64,000 nt of DNA from Anaerolineae bacterium (GCA_026991395.1 JALXBP010000117.1:29458-93457); one strand, 5' to 3'. Positions 7,841 through 18,135 are shown, counted from the stretch's first letter. The notes: generated from the sequence alone by a model not told the origin. Numbers and translations are program-made.

Positions 7841-8800
7841 ATGAAGATTTCGGTCGTCGTGCCTGTGATGAACGAGGAGACCAATCTCCCCCTCCTCTAC
7901 GAGGAGATGAAGCCCGTTTTGGACGAGATCGCGCCGGGCGAACACGAGATCATCTTCGTCGATGACGGCAGCACCGACAACACCTTCGCCGTCTTGGCCG
8001 ACCTGGCCCGTGGGGACGAGGCCATCACGGTCATTCAGTTCCGCCGCAACTTCGGCAAGTCGGCAGCCCTCTCCGCCGGTTTCGAGCGGGCCAAGGGGGA
8101 GATCGTCATCACGATGGACGGCGATCTCCAGGACGATCCGGCGGAGATTCCGCGCTTCCTCGCCACCCTGGAGGAAGGCTACGATCTCGTCTCCGGCTGG
8201 AAGTACCCGCGGCTCGATCCGCCGGGCAAGACCTGGCCCTCGCGTCTCTTCAACTTCGTCACGGCCACCGTCTCCGGCGTCCACCTGCACGATTTCAACT
8301 GCGGCTTCAAAGCCTACCGACGTCAGGTCATCGAGGAGATCGCGCTCTACGGCGAACTGCACCGCTTCATCCCCGTGCTGGCGCACCAGAAGGGCTATCG
8401 CGTAACGGAGATCAAGGTTCACCACCGCCCGCGCCGCTTTGGGCGCTCCAAATTCGGGATGAAGCGGCTGGCGCGGGGCTTCTTCGACTTCCTCACGGTT
8501 ACGCTGCTCGGCGAATATCGGTGGCGACCGATGCACCTCTTCGGCTGGCTGGGGCTGCTTTCCGGTACGGCGGGCTTCATCATCAACCTCTACCTCGCCT
8601 ATCTCTGGTTCACCGGCCATCGCCCCATCGGGACGCGACCACTGCTCACGTTGGGCGTGCTCCTCATCACCGTAGGCGTGCAGTTCTTCACCATCGGCCT
8701 GCTGGCCGAGATGTTCGCGATGAGCCAATCGCGGTACGTCCGCCCTTACGCCATCCGCCGCATCGTGAAGGGGAAAGAGGATGAACAACGCGAAGCGTGA
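7841..8800 (+). CDS. GT2 polyprenyl-phosphate glycosyltransferase (Dpm1/GtrB/ArnC-like; polyprenol-phosphate-mannose/-hexose synthase)
   Basis: 319 aa; MKISVVVPVMNEE...IIFVDDGSTDNT...ITMDGDLQDDP (DXD), C-terminal two TM helices. RBS GAAGGGAAGG, ATG 7841. Confidence 0.85.
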   Translation: MKISVVVPVMNEETNLPLLYEEMKPVLDEIAPGEHEIIFVDDGSTDNTFAVLADLARGDEAITVIQFRRNFGKSAALSAGFERAKGEIVITMDGDLQDDPAEIPRFLATLEEGYDLVSGWKYPRLDPPGKTWPSRLFNFVTATVSGVHLHDFNCGFKAYRRQVIEEIALYGELHRFIPVLAHQKGYRVTEIKVHHRPRRFGRSKFGMKRLARGFFDFLTVTLLGEYRWRPMHLFGWLGLLSGTAGFIINLYLAYLWFTGHRPIGTRPLLTLGVLLITVGVQFFTIGLLAEMFAMSQSRYVRPYAIRRIVKGKEDEQREA

Positions 8801-9395
8801 TTACGGCAACTGGCAGAAATACAACAACCCCAATCCCCTCCAGCGCTTCCTGATGCGCCGCTTCCTGCAGCAGGCGGCGGCGTGGATCGCCCCGCTGGAG
8901 GTGGAGCGGGTGCTGGACGCGGGCTGCGCGGAGGGCTTCGTAACCCGTGCGCTGCTGGAGGGCGGCGCGCTCTCGCGGGCGACGCTCCTCGTCGGCGTCG
9001 ATCTCGACCTGGAGGCGATGGCCCGCGGCGCGGCGATCTCCCCGCAACTGCGCAAGTTCCCCGCCAGCATCACGGCGCTCCCCTTCGCCGATGACAGCTT
9101 CGACCTAGTGATGGCGACGGAGGTCCTGGAGCACCTGCCCGATCCGCGCCTGGGGCTGCGCGAGGTGAAGCGCGTCTCCCGCCGCTACTGCCTGCTCAGC
9201 GTGCCTCACGAGCCGTGGTTCCGCGCGATGAACTTCCTGCGCGGCAAGCACCTGCACCGCTGGGGGAACGATCCGGAGCACCTGCAGAACTGGACGCTTT
9301 CGGCTTTCCGGCGCTTCGTCGCAGGGGAATGCACGGTCATCGCCATTCGCAGCCTGCTCCCCTGGACGCTCGTCCTCGCACGCAAGGCCGTATGA
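8781..9395 (+). CDS. class I SAM-dependent methyltransferase
   Basis: 204 aa; motif I VLDAGCAEGFVT, motif post-I LLVGVDLD, FDLVMATEVLEHLPDP. Overlaps the GT2 gene by 20 nt. Confidence 0.8.
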   Translation: MNNAKRDYGNWQKYNNPNPLQRFLMRRFLQQAAAWIAPLEVERVLDAGCAEGFVTRALLEGGALSRATLLVGVDLDLEAMARGAAISPQLRKFPASITALPFADDSFDLVMATEVLEHLPDPRLGLREVKRVSRRYCLLSVPHEPWFRAMNFLRGKHLHRWGNDPEHLQNWTLSAFRRFVAGECTVIAIRSLLPWTLVLARKAV

Positions 9396-11302
9396 CCGAT
9401 CGACAGAGCCGTCGGCTGCTCCTCGGCCTGATGGCGCTCGCCGCCGCCCTCTTCGCCTGGCTGAGCATCGCCCGCTACCGCGGTTACAACACGGCGATGG
9501 AGGACATCGGCAATATGGCGCAGGCGATGTGGAGCGGGACGCGGGGCCGTCCGCTGCTCTTCACCTACTTTTGCCATCCGGTGAGCCGATTGGGGCTGCA
9601 CGCCGAGCTGATCTACCTGCTCTTCGTGCCGCTCTACGCCATCGCCCCTTCGCCGATGACGCTCCTCGTCGTCCAGGCGGTGCTCTTCGCCGCCGGAGCC
9701 TGGCCGCTCTACCGACTGGCGCGCCGCCATCTGGCGAGCGAGACGGCGGCGCTGGCCGTCGTCCTCATCTACCTCCTCTATCCGCTGGCCGACAACGCCG
9801 TCCTCTTCGATTTCCACGCCGACACGATCGCCATGCCGCTCTTCTTCTTCGCCCTCGAGGCCCTCGACCGCGGCGAGGTGCGCCGCTACGCCTTCTGGAT
9901 CGCCCTGGCGCTGGCGAGCAAGGTCTACGTCGCCTACGCCGTCGCCCTCCTCGGCGGGCTGCTCTTCGTGCAGGGCAAACGGCGGGTCGGACTGGGGACG
10001 ATCGCCGCAGCCTTCGCGTGGGGCGCGACCGCCTTCTTCCTCGTCAAGCCGTGGTTCGCCTCGCGCTACGGCTTGCCCGTGCAGAGCTACGACAGTTACG
10101 CAGGCTACTACTTCGGGAAAACGCTCGCGACGCTGGGCGCAACGTGGGCCGAGCGCCTGCTGATGGGGCTGCTCGTCCTCCTGCCGCTCCTCCCCGCCGC
10201 CAAGGCCGCCCCGTGGCACTTCCTCACCGTCGCTCTCTCCATCGCCCCCGTGCTCCTCAGCTCGAGCCCCGGCCCAAGCTACTCCTACAAGTACCATCAT
10301 TACGCCCTCACCATCCCCTTCATCGTGATGACCATCCTCGCCGTTGCGGAGACGATGCGCCGCCGCGGTGAGCAACTGGCCGCCTTCCCCGCCTGGCGCA
10401 TCTTCCTGCTGACGATGCTCATCATCACCGTGGGGCTGAATATCGAACTCAGCGACACGCCGCTCAGCCCGGCCTTCTGGCGCGCCGAGTACGGGCACGG
10501 CCTCGACCCGTGGAAGTACGGACGCACGAGCCGCGACGAGGTGAAGGACGCCTTCCTGCGGCCGATTCCCGACGATGCGGCGCTCTTCGCGACCAACTTC
10601 CTTGCCCCGCACCTGGTCAACCGGGCGACGCTGTGCACGATGATCCCCGCCGCGCCGCCGCCGCCGCCGGATTACGAAAGGCGGCTGCTCGCGGTCGATG
10701 AGGCCGTCTTCGATGCGCTCTTCGACTACAACGTCTCCACGCCGGTTACGGGGCTGGTGGCCATTCCCGCCACCTACCTGAGGCGCTACCTCGACCATCC
10801 AGAATGGCAGGTCGTCGCAGCCGATGACGGCCTCGTGCTGCTGCGGCGCGATGCCCCTCCCGATGAGGTACTCCCGCAGAGCGTTACCCACACCCTCGCG
10901 ACCGCCCCGCCCGTCCAGCGGAGACCGCTGGGGGAGGGCGTCTCGCTGGTCCAAGCGGAGATCGCGCCTTTGGGCGGACGCCGCTTCGCCTGGCGGACGG
11001 TGTGGTACGCCGAGGAAGGGGAGCAGGCCCGCCCGCCGCTCTTCGCCGTCTCGCACCTGCAGGGCGTCGAGAACGGACGCATCCTCCATCTCCCCACACT
11101 GGCGCTCTACCCCTGCGAGGAGTGGGAGGCCGGCTCGCTGATCACGGAGACCTTCACCGTCGTCATCCCCGATCGCATCCCCGCAGGCCGCTACGAGGTC
11201 GCCGTCGGCCTCTACCGCCTGGACGATCCCTTCGCCTACGCAACCGACGAACGCAGCCGCCTCGGCGACATCGTTCCCATCGGCTCCATCGAGGTGCCCT
11301 GA
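9392..11302 (+). CDS. DUF2079-family polytopic membrane protein (putative GT-C glycosyltransferase)
   Basis: ATGA overlap with methyltransferase stop. MTDRQSRRLLLGLMALAAALFAWLSIARYRGYNTAMEDIGNMAQAMW...HPVSRLGLHAELIYLLFVPLYAIAPSP matches the DUF2079 N-terminal signature as I remember it. About 11 TM helices plus about 250-aa C-terminal soluble domain. Confidence 0.75.
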   Translation: MTDRQSRRLLLGLMALAAALFAWLSIARYRGYNTAMEDIGNMAQAMWSGTRGRPLLFTYFCHPVSRLGLHAELIYLLFVPLYAIAPSPMTLLVVQAVLFAAGAWPLYRLARRHLASETAALAVVLIYLLYPLADNAVLFDFHADTIAMPLFFFALEALDRGEVRRYAFWIALALASKVYVAYAVALLGGLLFVQGKRRVGLGTIAAAFAWGATAFFLVKPWFASRYGLPVQSYDSYAGYYFGKTLATLGATWAERLLMGLLVLLPLLPAAKAAPWHFLTVALSIAPVLLSSSPGPSYSYKYHHYALTIPFIVMTILAVAETMRRRGEQLAAFPAWRIFLLTMLIITVGLNIELSDTPLSPAFWRAEYGHGLDPWKYGRTSRDEVKDAFLRPIPDDAALFATNFLAPHLVNRATLCTMIPAAPPPPPDYERRLLAVDEAVFDALFDYNVSTPVTGLVAIPATYLRRYLDHPEWQVVAADDGLVLLRRDAPPDEVLPQSVTHTLATAPPVQRRPLGEGVSLVQAEIAPLGGRRFAWRTVWYAEEGEQARPPLFAVSHLQGVENGRILHLPTLALYPCEEWEAGSLITETFTVVIPDRIPAGRYEVAVGLYRLDDPFAYATDERSRLGDIVPIGSIEVP

Positions 11303-12798
11303 TGCGACGCGCCGCCTTCGTGCCCACGCTCGACCGGCTCTGGCTCATCGTCGTCCTCGCCTTCCTCCTCTTCTACGCCTCCATCGTGCCCCAGCCGCCC
11401 AACGATCTCTGGTGGCACCTGCGCATCGGTCGGCTCATCGTCGAAAGCGGGCACATTCCCCGGACCAACCTCTTCGCCTGGACCTTGCCCGCCGACACGC
11501 CCTTCACCTACGCCGCCTGGCTGGGGGAAGTCTGGCTCTACCTGCTCCACGCGGCGGGCGGCGTCGCGCTGCTCCTCTTCAGCCGCACCCTCATCGTCGG
11601 CATAGCCTTCTGGCTCACGGCGATGGAGGCGGAGCGTCGGAGCGGCTCGGCGCGGATCGCGGCGATGGCGACGCTCCTCCTCGGGCTGATGACCTTCAAC
11701 AACCTCATCGTGCGCACGCAGATGTGGTCCTGGCTGCCCTTCGTGCTGATCCTCCGCCTCCTGCGCCGCTACGGCGACGGCGAGGTTCCACCGCGGCGAC
11801 TGGCGGCGATGCCGCTGCTCATTGCGCTGTGGAGCAACCTGCACGGCGCATTCGTGCTCGGCCTGGTGCTGGGGGGGCTCGTTGCGCTCGGTGAAAGCTG
11901 GCGATGGCTGCGACGGCCCGCCGAACGCCCCTTCGCCCGCCTGAAGGCGCTCTGGCTGGCCGTGGGAGCCTCGGCGCTCGCCGTGATGGCCAATCCGCGC
12001 GGGGCGGGCCTCTACCGCTACGTCCTGAACCTGCTGGGCAGTGCGCCCGTCCAGCAACTGATCGTCGAGTGGCAGTCGCCGACGCCGCACGGCATCGCCA
12101 ACACGACCTTCTTCGCCGTCGTCCTGGGCCTGCTGCTCCTCTTCGCCTTTGGCCGTCGCCGCCTCGGCCCGACGGACGGGCTGCTGCTCGCCTTCTTCCT
12201 GTGGATGGCGTGGGGAAGCCAACGGAGCGTCCTCTGGTTCGGCTTCGTCGCCGCGCCCATCCTCGCCGAGCAGGTCGCCGCGCTCCTGCCCTCGCGCCTG
12301 CTCCACGCCGACGCTCCACGCAACGCCCTCAATCTCGTGCTTGCCCTCCTCGTCTGGCTCCCCGTGCTCCTCGTCCAGCCGTGGTGGGTGGAGGAGATGC
12401 CGCTCCCTGCCACGTACCGGGCGCAGGTCTGGCACGGCACGGAAGCGGGACCGCTGCTCGACCGCCACACGCCCGTCAAGGCGGTGGCCTACCTCCGCGA
12501 CCATCCCGGCGGGCGGCTCTTCAACGAGATGGGCTACGGCAGTTACCTCATCTGGGCGCTGCCGCAGCAAAAGGTCTTCATCGACCCCCGCGTGGAGCTT
12601 TTCCCCTACGAGATGTGGCTCGACTACGCCGCCATCTCCCACGGCGTGCGCTACGATCGGCTCCTGCAGGACTACGGCGTCGATCGGCTCCTCATCGACC
12701 GTGAGTTGCAGCGCGATCTTTCGCTTTCCCTGGCCGAGGATCGGGAGTGGAAGCTGGTCTACAGCGACGAGGTCGCCGAAATCTGGCAACGCCGCTGA
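11302..12798 (+). CDS. polytopic membrane protein, uncharacterised GT-C-like family (paralogue A)
   Basis: ATG 11302 overlaps the previous stop by 1 nt. N-terminal motif NDLWWHLRIGRLIVESGHIPRTNLFAWTLPADTPFTY. At least 11 TM helices plus C-terminal domain (LFNEMGYGSYLIWALPQQKVFIDPRVELFP). Paralogue of the convergent gene 12799..14289. Confidence 0.7.
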   Translation: MRRAAFVPTLDRLWLIVVLAFLLFYASIVPQPPNDLWWHLRIGRLIVESGHIPRTNLFAWTLPADTPFTYAAWLGEVWLYLLHAAGGVALLLFSRTLIVGIAFWLTAMEAERRSGSARIAAMATLLLGLMTFNNLIVRTQMWSWLPFVLILRLLRRYGDGEVPPRRLAAMPLLIALWSNLHGAFVLGLVLGGLVALGESWRWLRRPAERPFARLKALWLAVGASALAVMANPRGAGLYRYVLNLLGSAPVQQLIVEWQSPTPHGIANTTFFAVVLGLLLLFAFGRRRLGPTDGLLLAFFLWMAWGSQRSVLWFGFVAAPILAEQVAALLPSRLLHADAPRNALNLVLALLVWLPVLLVQPWWVEEMPLPATYRAQVWHGTEAGPLLDRHTPVKAVAYLRDHPGGRLFNEMGYGSYLIWALPQQKVFIDPRVELFPYEMWLDYAAISHGVRYDRLLQDYGVDRLLIDRELQRDLSLSLAEDREWKLVYSDEVAEIWQRR

Positions 12799-14289
12799 CT
12801 ACGGCCCCTCGCGGCGGACGAAGATGACCGCCGCCTCGTCGGCATAGCGCTCCTCCCACTGCGGTGAGCGGCGGGCCACCTCCACCAGCGCCGGTTGCTC
12901 GACGGGGGAGAGCATCAAGGTCCGCACGCCGTAATGAGCCAGCCGCGCTTCCCAGTCGCAGTCGGCAGCCGAGATGCGCAGATAATCGCGCCACAGTTCC
13001 GGCGGATACAACTCGATGCGCGAATCGACGAAGACGGGGTAGTCGGGCTGCGCCGCCCAGATGAGGTAGCTGCCGAAAGGCATCGCGTGGAAAAGCTGCG
13101 GCGGCGGATGGTGCGCCAGGAGATAGTCGGTCGCCGCGACGGGCGTCTCCGGCGAGATGAGCGCCGCTTTCGGCGGGGGGAGCGGCAGCGCCGACTTGAA
13201 CCACGGCAGCGAGAGCACAGCCCCGGCCATCAGCAGGGCGGCGAAGGCGCGATTCAGCCACGGAGCGCCGCCCGCCTCCTCCGCCGCGGGGGACGAAGCG
13301 GCGAAGACGGCGGCAAGGTGGCGGGCAATCGGCACGGCCATCGCCAGCCCGAACCAGATCACCCCCCGCGAGGTCTTCAGGCCCAGCAGCCCGAAGAGCA
13401 GAAAGGCGCCGATCTCCGCGGGACGCGGACGGGAGGGGCTGAGCGCCAGCAGGGCGGCGGTCAGGAGCAGGCCGACGAGGAAGAGCGCACCGTTCCACGT
13501 CTGGAAGGTCGGCGGCGACCATTCGGGCACCAGGTGCTGGACGGCGGGATCGGTCGTCAGCGTCCGCAGGTACGCCACGATCCCCGCGCCGCGCGGATTG
13601 CAGAGGAGCGCCGTCAGGCCCATAGCCACCAGCGCGGCCAGCAGGGAGAGGCTCCCGCGGGTGAGCAGCCGTTCTCCGCGCCGCCACGGCGTCCACACCG
13701 CGTCGAGCAGGGCCAGGGCCACGAAGGCCATCCCGATGGGGAAGGTCCCGTGTGCGTTGACCCAGATCGCCATCAGAGGCACGAGGAGGAGAAGGCGGAG
13801 CGGCGAACCGTCGCGGCGGTGCTCCTCCAGGAGCCACAGCTCCAGCGCGGCGAGGAGGAAGGCGATGACCTGCGGGCGGACGTTCCAATCGTCCAGGCCA
13901 AGCGCCGCGGCGAAGAGCGTCGCGGCGGCCGCTATGCGCCAGGAGCGGCTCACCCGCTGCGCGGCAAGGAGCAGCGCGCCATAGGCCAGGGTGATCGTCA
14001 AGCTCTGCATCATCACGACGAGCGGTGCCCCGCCCGCACGGTAGAGGAGGTAGAGGAGCACCTCCATCAGCCAGAAAGCCTGGTAGGAGGGATAGGGCGT
14101 ACCCCGCATCGTGTAGGAGAAGGTGTCCACGGTGGGGATGCGGTGAGTCGCGACGATCTGGCGTCCAACGGCCATATGCCACCAGAAATCGTGGGGACGG
14201 ATAGGATGGGTATTGACAAAAACGAAAATTCCCGTCATAATGGTTATAGCCCAGAGATGAGCCAGTGATGGATGAGTCGTCTTCTTCAT
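12799..14289 (-). CDS. polytopic membrane protein, same family as 11302..12798 (paralogue B)
   Basis: 496 aa; HDFWWHMAVGRQIVATHRIPTVDTFSYTMRGTPYPSY and C-terminal HAMPFGSYLIWAAQPDYPVFVDSRIELYP align motif-for-motif with paralogue A. Stop codon (rc of 12799-12801) abuts the stop of paralogue A (12796-12798). Confidence 0.7.
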   Translation of the reverse strand: MKKTTHPSLAHLWAITIMTGIFVFVNTHPIRPHDFWWHMAVGRQIVATHRIPTVDTFSYTMRGTPYPSYQAFWLMEVLLYLLYRAGGAPLVVMMQSLTITLAYGALLLAAQRVSRSWRIAAAATLFAAALGLDDWNVRPQVIAFLLAALELWLLEEHRRDGSPLRLLLLVPLMAIWVNAHGTFPIGMAFVALALLDAVWTPWRRGERLLTRGSLSLLAALVAMGLTALLCNPRGAGIVAYLRTLTTDPAVQHLVPEWSPPTFQTWNGALFLVGLLLTAALLALSPSRPRPAEIGAFLLFGLLGLKTSRGVIWFGLAMAVPIARHLAAVFAASSPAAEEAGGAPWLNRAFAALLMAGAVLSLPWFKSALPLPPPKAALISPETPVAATDYLLAHHPPPQLFHAMPFGSYLIWAAQPDYPVFVDSRIELYPPELWRDYLRISAADCDWEARLAHYGVRTLMLSPVEQPALVEVARRSPQWEERYADEAAVIFVRREGP

Positions 14290-14411
14290 TTCACATTCCG
14301 GAATAGTACCTTTTTCCTATTGCAAGAATTCAGTTAGAACAGTACAATGTGTTTGAAACCGGTTAGCCCGGTGAGTACCCTCCAAGGCTAATATTGGTTA
14401 CCCTCCTTTCA

Positions 14412-14450
14412 CAAAGATGCGCCCCTCCCCCCGGGCGCATCTTTGTGTTT
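14412..14450. terminator. 13-bp perfect hairpin (CAAAGATGCGCCC-N8-GGGCGCATCTTTG), likely terminator of sufCBD (minus strand), possibly bidirectional
   Basis: Seen directly; lies 20 nt beyond the sufD stop on the minus strand; followed on the plus strand by TGTTTG. Confidence 0.5.
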
Positions 14451-14469
14451 GAAGGCTCCACCTCCGTTC

Positions 14470-15798
14470 TTACCGCCCCCAGAAACGGGCGGCGACCTCC
14501 TCCCGCAGGCGGTCGCGCAGACAGGCCAGAGGGAAGCGGTGGACGATCGGCTCCAGGAAGCCTTGGGTGATGAGATACTCCGCCTGCGGGCGCGGGATGC
14601 CGCGTGCCTGGAGGTAGAAAAGCTGCTCCTCATCCATACGGGCAACCGTTGCGCCGTGGCTGCACTGCACATCGTCGGCGATGATCTCCAGGCCGGGGAT
14701 GGCGTGCGCACGGGCATCGGCCAGCAGCAGGTTGTTGTTCGCCTGATAGCCCTGCGTCCGCTGCGCCTCCGGCTCGACGCGGATCATCCCGTAGAAGACG
14801 GTGCGGGCCTCGGCAGGGAGCACATTGCGGAAGAGGAGGTTGCTCGTCGTCCGAGGAGCGCGGTGGTGCTGATAGGTGCTCTGGTCGATCACCTGACCCT
14901 GCCTGCCAAAGATGAAGCCGTACATCTCACCACGCGCCTCCTCCGCCAACAGATCGGTGCGCAAGAAATCCTTGCTCATCGCGCTGCCCAGCCCGCCGTT
15001 GAGCCAGAGGAGACGGGCACCGGCCTCGACCTGGGCATTCTGCACACTGACGGCGTAACGGCGATCGCCCCAATGCTGCAGGGAAGCGTAACGCACCAGC
15101 GCCCCTTCGCCTGCGTAGATCTCCACCACCTCCACGCCGAGGGCGGGGGTCGTCTCCCGCGAGAGGCGGTCCTGCATCAGCGTCAGCCGCGCGCCAGGCT
15201 CCACGATGACCAGCGTGTGGTGCAAGCCGACGCCGCCGTCCTCCTCGTAGACGACGAGCGACTGCAGCGGACGCTCGATGCGCCCCCCCCTGGGGACGTA
15301 GATGAAGGTGCCGCCGTGCCACAGGGCGGCGTGGAGCGCGGTAAAGCGATTGAAGTCGGGGCGGGCCCACATACCGCGCATCCAGTGTTCGCGGATGAGG
15401 TCGCCGTGGGTGTGGAGGGCGCGATGCAGATCGGCGAGGACAACGCCCTGCGACTGCAGGCGCGGGTCGAGATCGACATAGCGCTGCTCACCGTTGTGAT
15501 GGAGCAGGAGGCCGGCACTCAATGCCTGGGGCGAGAGCGGCTGCACCCAGCAATCGGGCCACACCTCGTCCCGCGCAACGGTCTCGTCGCCGAGGGCAAG
15601 CCGCAGTTCGTCCAACGGGAAGCGTTGCAGAGGCATCCGACGCCACGCCTCTTCCTTGCGCGAGGGCCAGTTCATCCGTTCGTACAAAGTCCAGGCCGCA
15701 AGACGCGCTTCACGCATCCAGGCAGGTTCGGCGTAATAGTCCGAAAGCGCCTCCACGGCCTGCCGACCAATCGCGAGCGTGCGTCGTTTCGTCATCAT
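14470..15798 (-). CDS. sufD: Fe-S cluster assembly protein SufD
   Basis: 442 aa; SufB/SufD-family C-terminal beta-helix; stop/start overlap with sufB. Confidence 0.9.
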   Translation of the reverse strand: MMTKRRTLAIGRQAVEALSDYYAEPAWMREARLAAWTLYERMNWPSRKEEAWRRMPLQRFPLDELRLALGDETVARDEVWPDCWVQPLSPQALSAGLLLHHNGEQRYVDLDPRLQSQGVVLADLHRALHTHGDLIREHWMRGMWARPDFNRFTALHAALWHGGTFIYVPRGGRIERPLQSLVVYEEDGGVGLHHTLVIVEPGARLTLMQDRLSRETTPALGVEVVEIYAGEGALVRYASLQHWGDRRYAVSVQNAQVEAGARLLWLNGGLGSAMSKDFLRTDLLAEEARGEMYGFIFGRQGQVIDQSTYQHHRAPRTTSNLLFRNVLPAEARTVFYGMIRVEPEAQRTQGYQANNNLLLADARAHAIPGLEIIADDVQCSHGATVARMDEEQLFYLQARGIPRPQAEYLITQGFLEPIVHRFPLACLRDRLREEVAARFWGR

Positions 15799-17198
15799 CC
15801 CACCGATCCCTCCATCTGAAGCTGCACCAGGCGGTTCAGCTCGACGGCGTACTCCATCGGCAGCTCCTTGACGAACGGCTCCAGGAAGCCGTTGACGATC
15901 AGGGCGGAGGCATCGGCCTCGCTCAGGCCGCGGCTCATCAGGTAGAAAAGCTGCTCCTCGTTGATGCGGCTGACCGTCGCCTCGTGCTCGACCTGCGCCT
16001 CGTCCTCGGCCACGTTGATGTAGGGGTAGGTGTCGGAGCGGGCCTGGGGGTTGAGCAGCAGGGCATCGCAGACGACCTTCGCCTGCGCCCCTTGCGCACC
16101 GCGATTGATGCGCACGAGACCGCGGAAGGCCGAGCGCCCGTTCGCCTTGCTGATCGACTTGGAGGTGATGACGGAGGAGGTCTCCGGCGCGAGGTGGATC
16201 GCCTTCGCCCCAGCGTCGAAATACTGATCCTGTCCGGCGAAGGCGATGGAGAGCACCTCACCGTGCGCCTTGCGCCCCTTGAGGACGACGGCAGGATATT
16301 TCATCGTTACGCCGCTGCCCAGATTGCCGTCCACCCACTCCATTCGCCCCTCCTCCTCGACGACGGCGCGCTGCGTGACGAGGTTGTAGACGTTGGTGGA
16401 CCAGTTCTGAATCGTCGTGTAGCGGGCGTGCGCCCCGCGCTTGACGAAGATTTCGATCACGCCGGTGTGGAGCGCGGCGGTGGAGTACTGCGGAGCGGTG
16501 CAGCCCTCGATGTAGTGGACATCGCTCCCCTCATCGACGATGATGATCGTCCGCTCGAACTGACCCAAGGACTGGGCGTTGATGCGGAAGTAGGCCTGGA
16601 GCGGTATCTCCACGTGGACGTGAGGCGGGACATAGACGAAGCTTCCGCCCGACCAGAAGGCACTGTTGAGCGCGGCGAACTTGTTGTCGGCGATGGGGAC
16701 GACCTTGCCGATGTGCTCGCGCACCAGGTCGGGATATTCGCGCACGGCGGTATCCATATCCACGAAGATGACGCCGTATTTCTCCCACTCCTCCTTCAGC
16801 GAGGAATAGACCGATTCCGAGTCGAGTTGTGCCTCCACCCCCGCCAGGAATTTGCGCTCCGCCTCCGGGATGCCCAGCCGCTCGAAGGTCTCCTTGATCG
16901 AGTCGGGCACATCATCCCAACTGCGGGCCTCCTGCTCGACCGGCTTCATATAGTAATAGAACTCGTCGAAGCGGAGGCTGCTCAGATCAACGCCCCACGT
17001 GGGCATGGGCATACGGAGGAAGGTCTCCAGGGCCTTCAGGCGGAACGCCAGCATCCACGGCGGCTCGCCCTTGACGGCAGAGAGTTCACGGACGATATCC
17101 TCGCCCAGGCCGCGGCGGACGGTGTGCGCGTAGTCAACCTCCGTCGTGAAGTCGTATTGCGCCTGATCTTTCAGTTTGTGCAGGTCATCGTGCGCCAT
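15795..17198 (-). CDS. sufB: Fe-S cluster assembly protein SufB
   Basis: 467 aa; highly conserved SufB sequence ([21 protein letters not shown]...[35 protein letters not shown]). Confidence 0.95.
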   Translation of the reverse strand: MAHDDLHKLKDQAQYDFTTEVDYAHTVRRGLGEDIVRELSAVKGEPPWMLAFRLKALETFLRMPMPTWGVDLSSLRFDEFYYYMKPVEQEARSWDDVPDSIKETFERLGIPEAERKFLAGVEAQLDSESVYSSLKEEWEKYGVIFVDMDTAVREYPDLVREHIGKVVPIADNKFAALNSAFWSGGSFVYVPPHVHVEIPLQAYFRINAQSLGQFERTIIIVDEGSDVHYIEGCTAPQYSTAALHTGVIEIFVKRGAHARYTTIQNWSTNVYNLVTQRAVVEEEGRMEWVDGNLGSGVTMKYPAVVLKGRKAHGEVLSIAFAGQDQYFDAGAKAIHLAPETSSVITSKSISKANGRSAFRGLVRINRGAQGAQAKVVCDALLLNPQARSDTYPYINVAEDEAQVEHEATVSRINEEQLFYLMSRGLSEADASALIVNGFLEPFVKELPMEYAVELNRLVQLQMEGSVG

Positions 17199-17995
17199 CA
17201 GGCCACCTCGGCTTCCAACCAGGCGTAGCCCTCCGCTTCCAGCTTCTCCACCAGCGACGCCCCGCCCGATTGCACGATGCGCCCCTCGTAGAAGATGTGG
17301 ACGAAGTCGGGGACGATGTAGTTGAGGATACGCTGGTAATGGGTAATAACGAGCAGCCCCAGATTCAGTTCCGCCTGCAGCCGATTGACCCCCTCGGCGA
17401 CGATGCGCAGCGCGTCGATGTCGAGGCCGGAGTCGGTCTCGTCGAGCACGGCGAACTTCGGCTTGAGCAGCGCCATCTGCAAAATCTCGGCCCGCTTCTT
17501 CTCGCCGCCGGAGAAGCCCTCGTTGAGGTAGCGGCGCAGGAAGGCCTTGTCCATCTTCAGCTTGGCCAGCTCCTCGTTCACTTCTTGGCGGAAGGCCCGC
17601 GCGGGGATGAGGTGGGCGTTGAGACGATTGTTGCCCGCCTTCCGCGCCGCTTCGGTGTAGCCACGGACGGCGCTCACCGCCGAGCGGAGGAAGTTGTAGA
17701 GCGTAACGCCCGGCACGGCGACCGGGTACTGCATCGCCAGGAAAAGCCCCTTGCGGGCACGTTCATCGGGCGAAAGGCCGAGCAGGCTCTCCCCATCGAG
17801 GAGAATCTCTCCCTGCGTAACCTCGTACTTGGGATGCCCCATCAGCGTGTAGGAGAGGGTGCTCTTGCCGGAGCCGTTCGGCCCCATCAGCGCGTGGGTC
17901 TCCCCCGTGTGGATGGTGAGGTTGACCCCCTTGAGGATCTCCTTCCCCTCAACGGCGACGTGCAAATCACGGATCTCCAACGTGTGGTCGGCCAT
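17198..17995 (-). CDS. sufC: Fe-S cluster assembly ATPase SufC
   Basis: 265 aa; Walker [13 protein letters not shown] signature [12 protein letters not shown], Walker [13 protein letters not shown]; RBS AAAGGAG 5 nt upstream. Confidence 0.95.
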   Translation of the reverse strand: MADHTLEIRDLHVAVEGKEILKGVNLTIHTGETHALMGPNGSGKSTLSYTLMGHPKYEVTQGEILLDGESLLGLSPDERARKGLFLAMQYPVAVPGVTLYNFLRSAVSAVRGYTEAARKAGNNRLNAHLIPARAFRQEVNEELAKLKMDKAFLRRYLNEGFSGGEKKRAEILQMALLKPKFAVLDETDSGLDIDALRIVAEGVNRLQAELNLGLLVITHYQRILNYIVPDFVHIFYEGRIVQSGGASLVEKLEAEGYAWLEAEVA

Positions 17996-18025
17996 CGAGT
18001 CTCCTTTCGTTGCTGTGTGGGAAGA

Positions 18026-18053
18026 AGTATAGGCAAGGGGATAATTTTGTCAA
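18026..18053 (-). promoter_or_regulatory. sigma70-type promoter for sufCBD (TTGACA-16-TATACT on minus strand)
   Basis: rc of 18048-18053 = TTGACA, rc of 18026-18031 = TATACT, 16-nt spacer, about 30 nt upstream of the sufC ATG. Confidence 0.55.
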
Positions 18054-18087
18054 GGGATTTCTTCTAAATTCACCCCCACCAGCCAAA

Positions 18088-18116
18088 GCCTGCCGGAGGG
18101 ATTCATCCGGCAGGCC
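18088..18116 (-). terminator. hairpin terminator downstream of adk (GCCTGCCGGA-N9-TCCGGCAGGC)
   Basis: 10-bp perfect stem located 20 nt past the adk stop on the minus strand, followed by TTTGGC. Confidence 0.45.
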
Positions 18117-18135
18117 GGTGGAGCACGGAAGGGGG

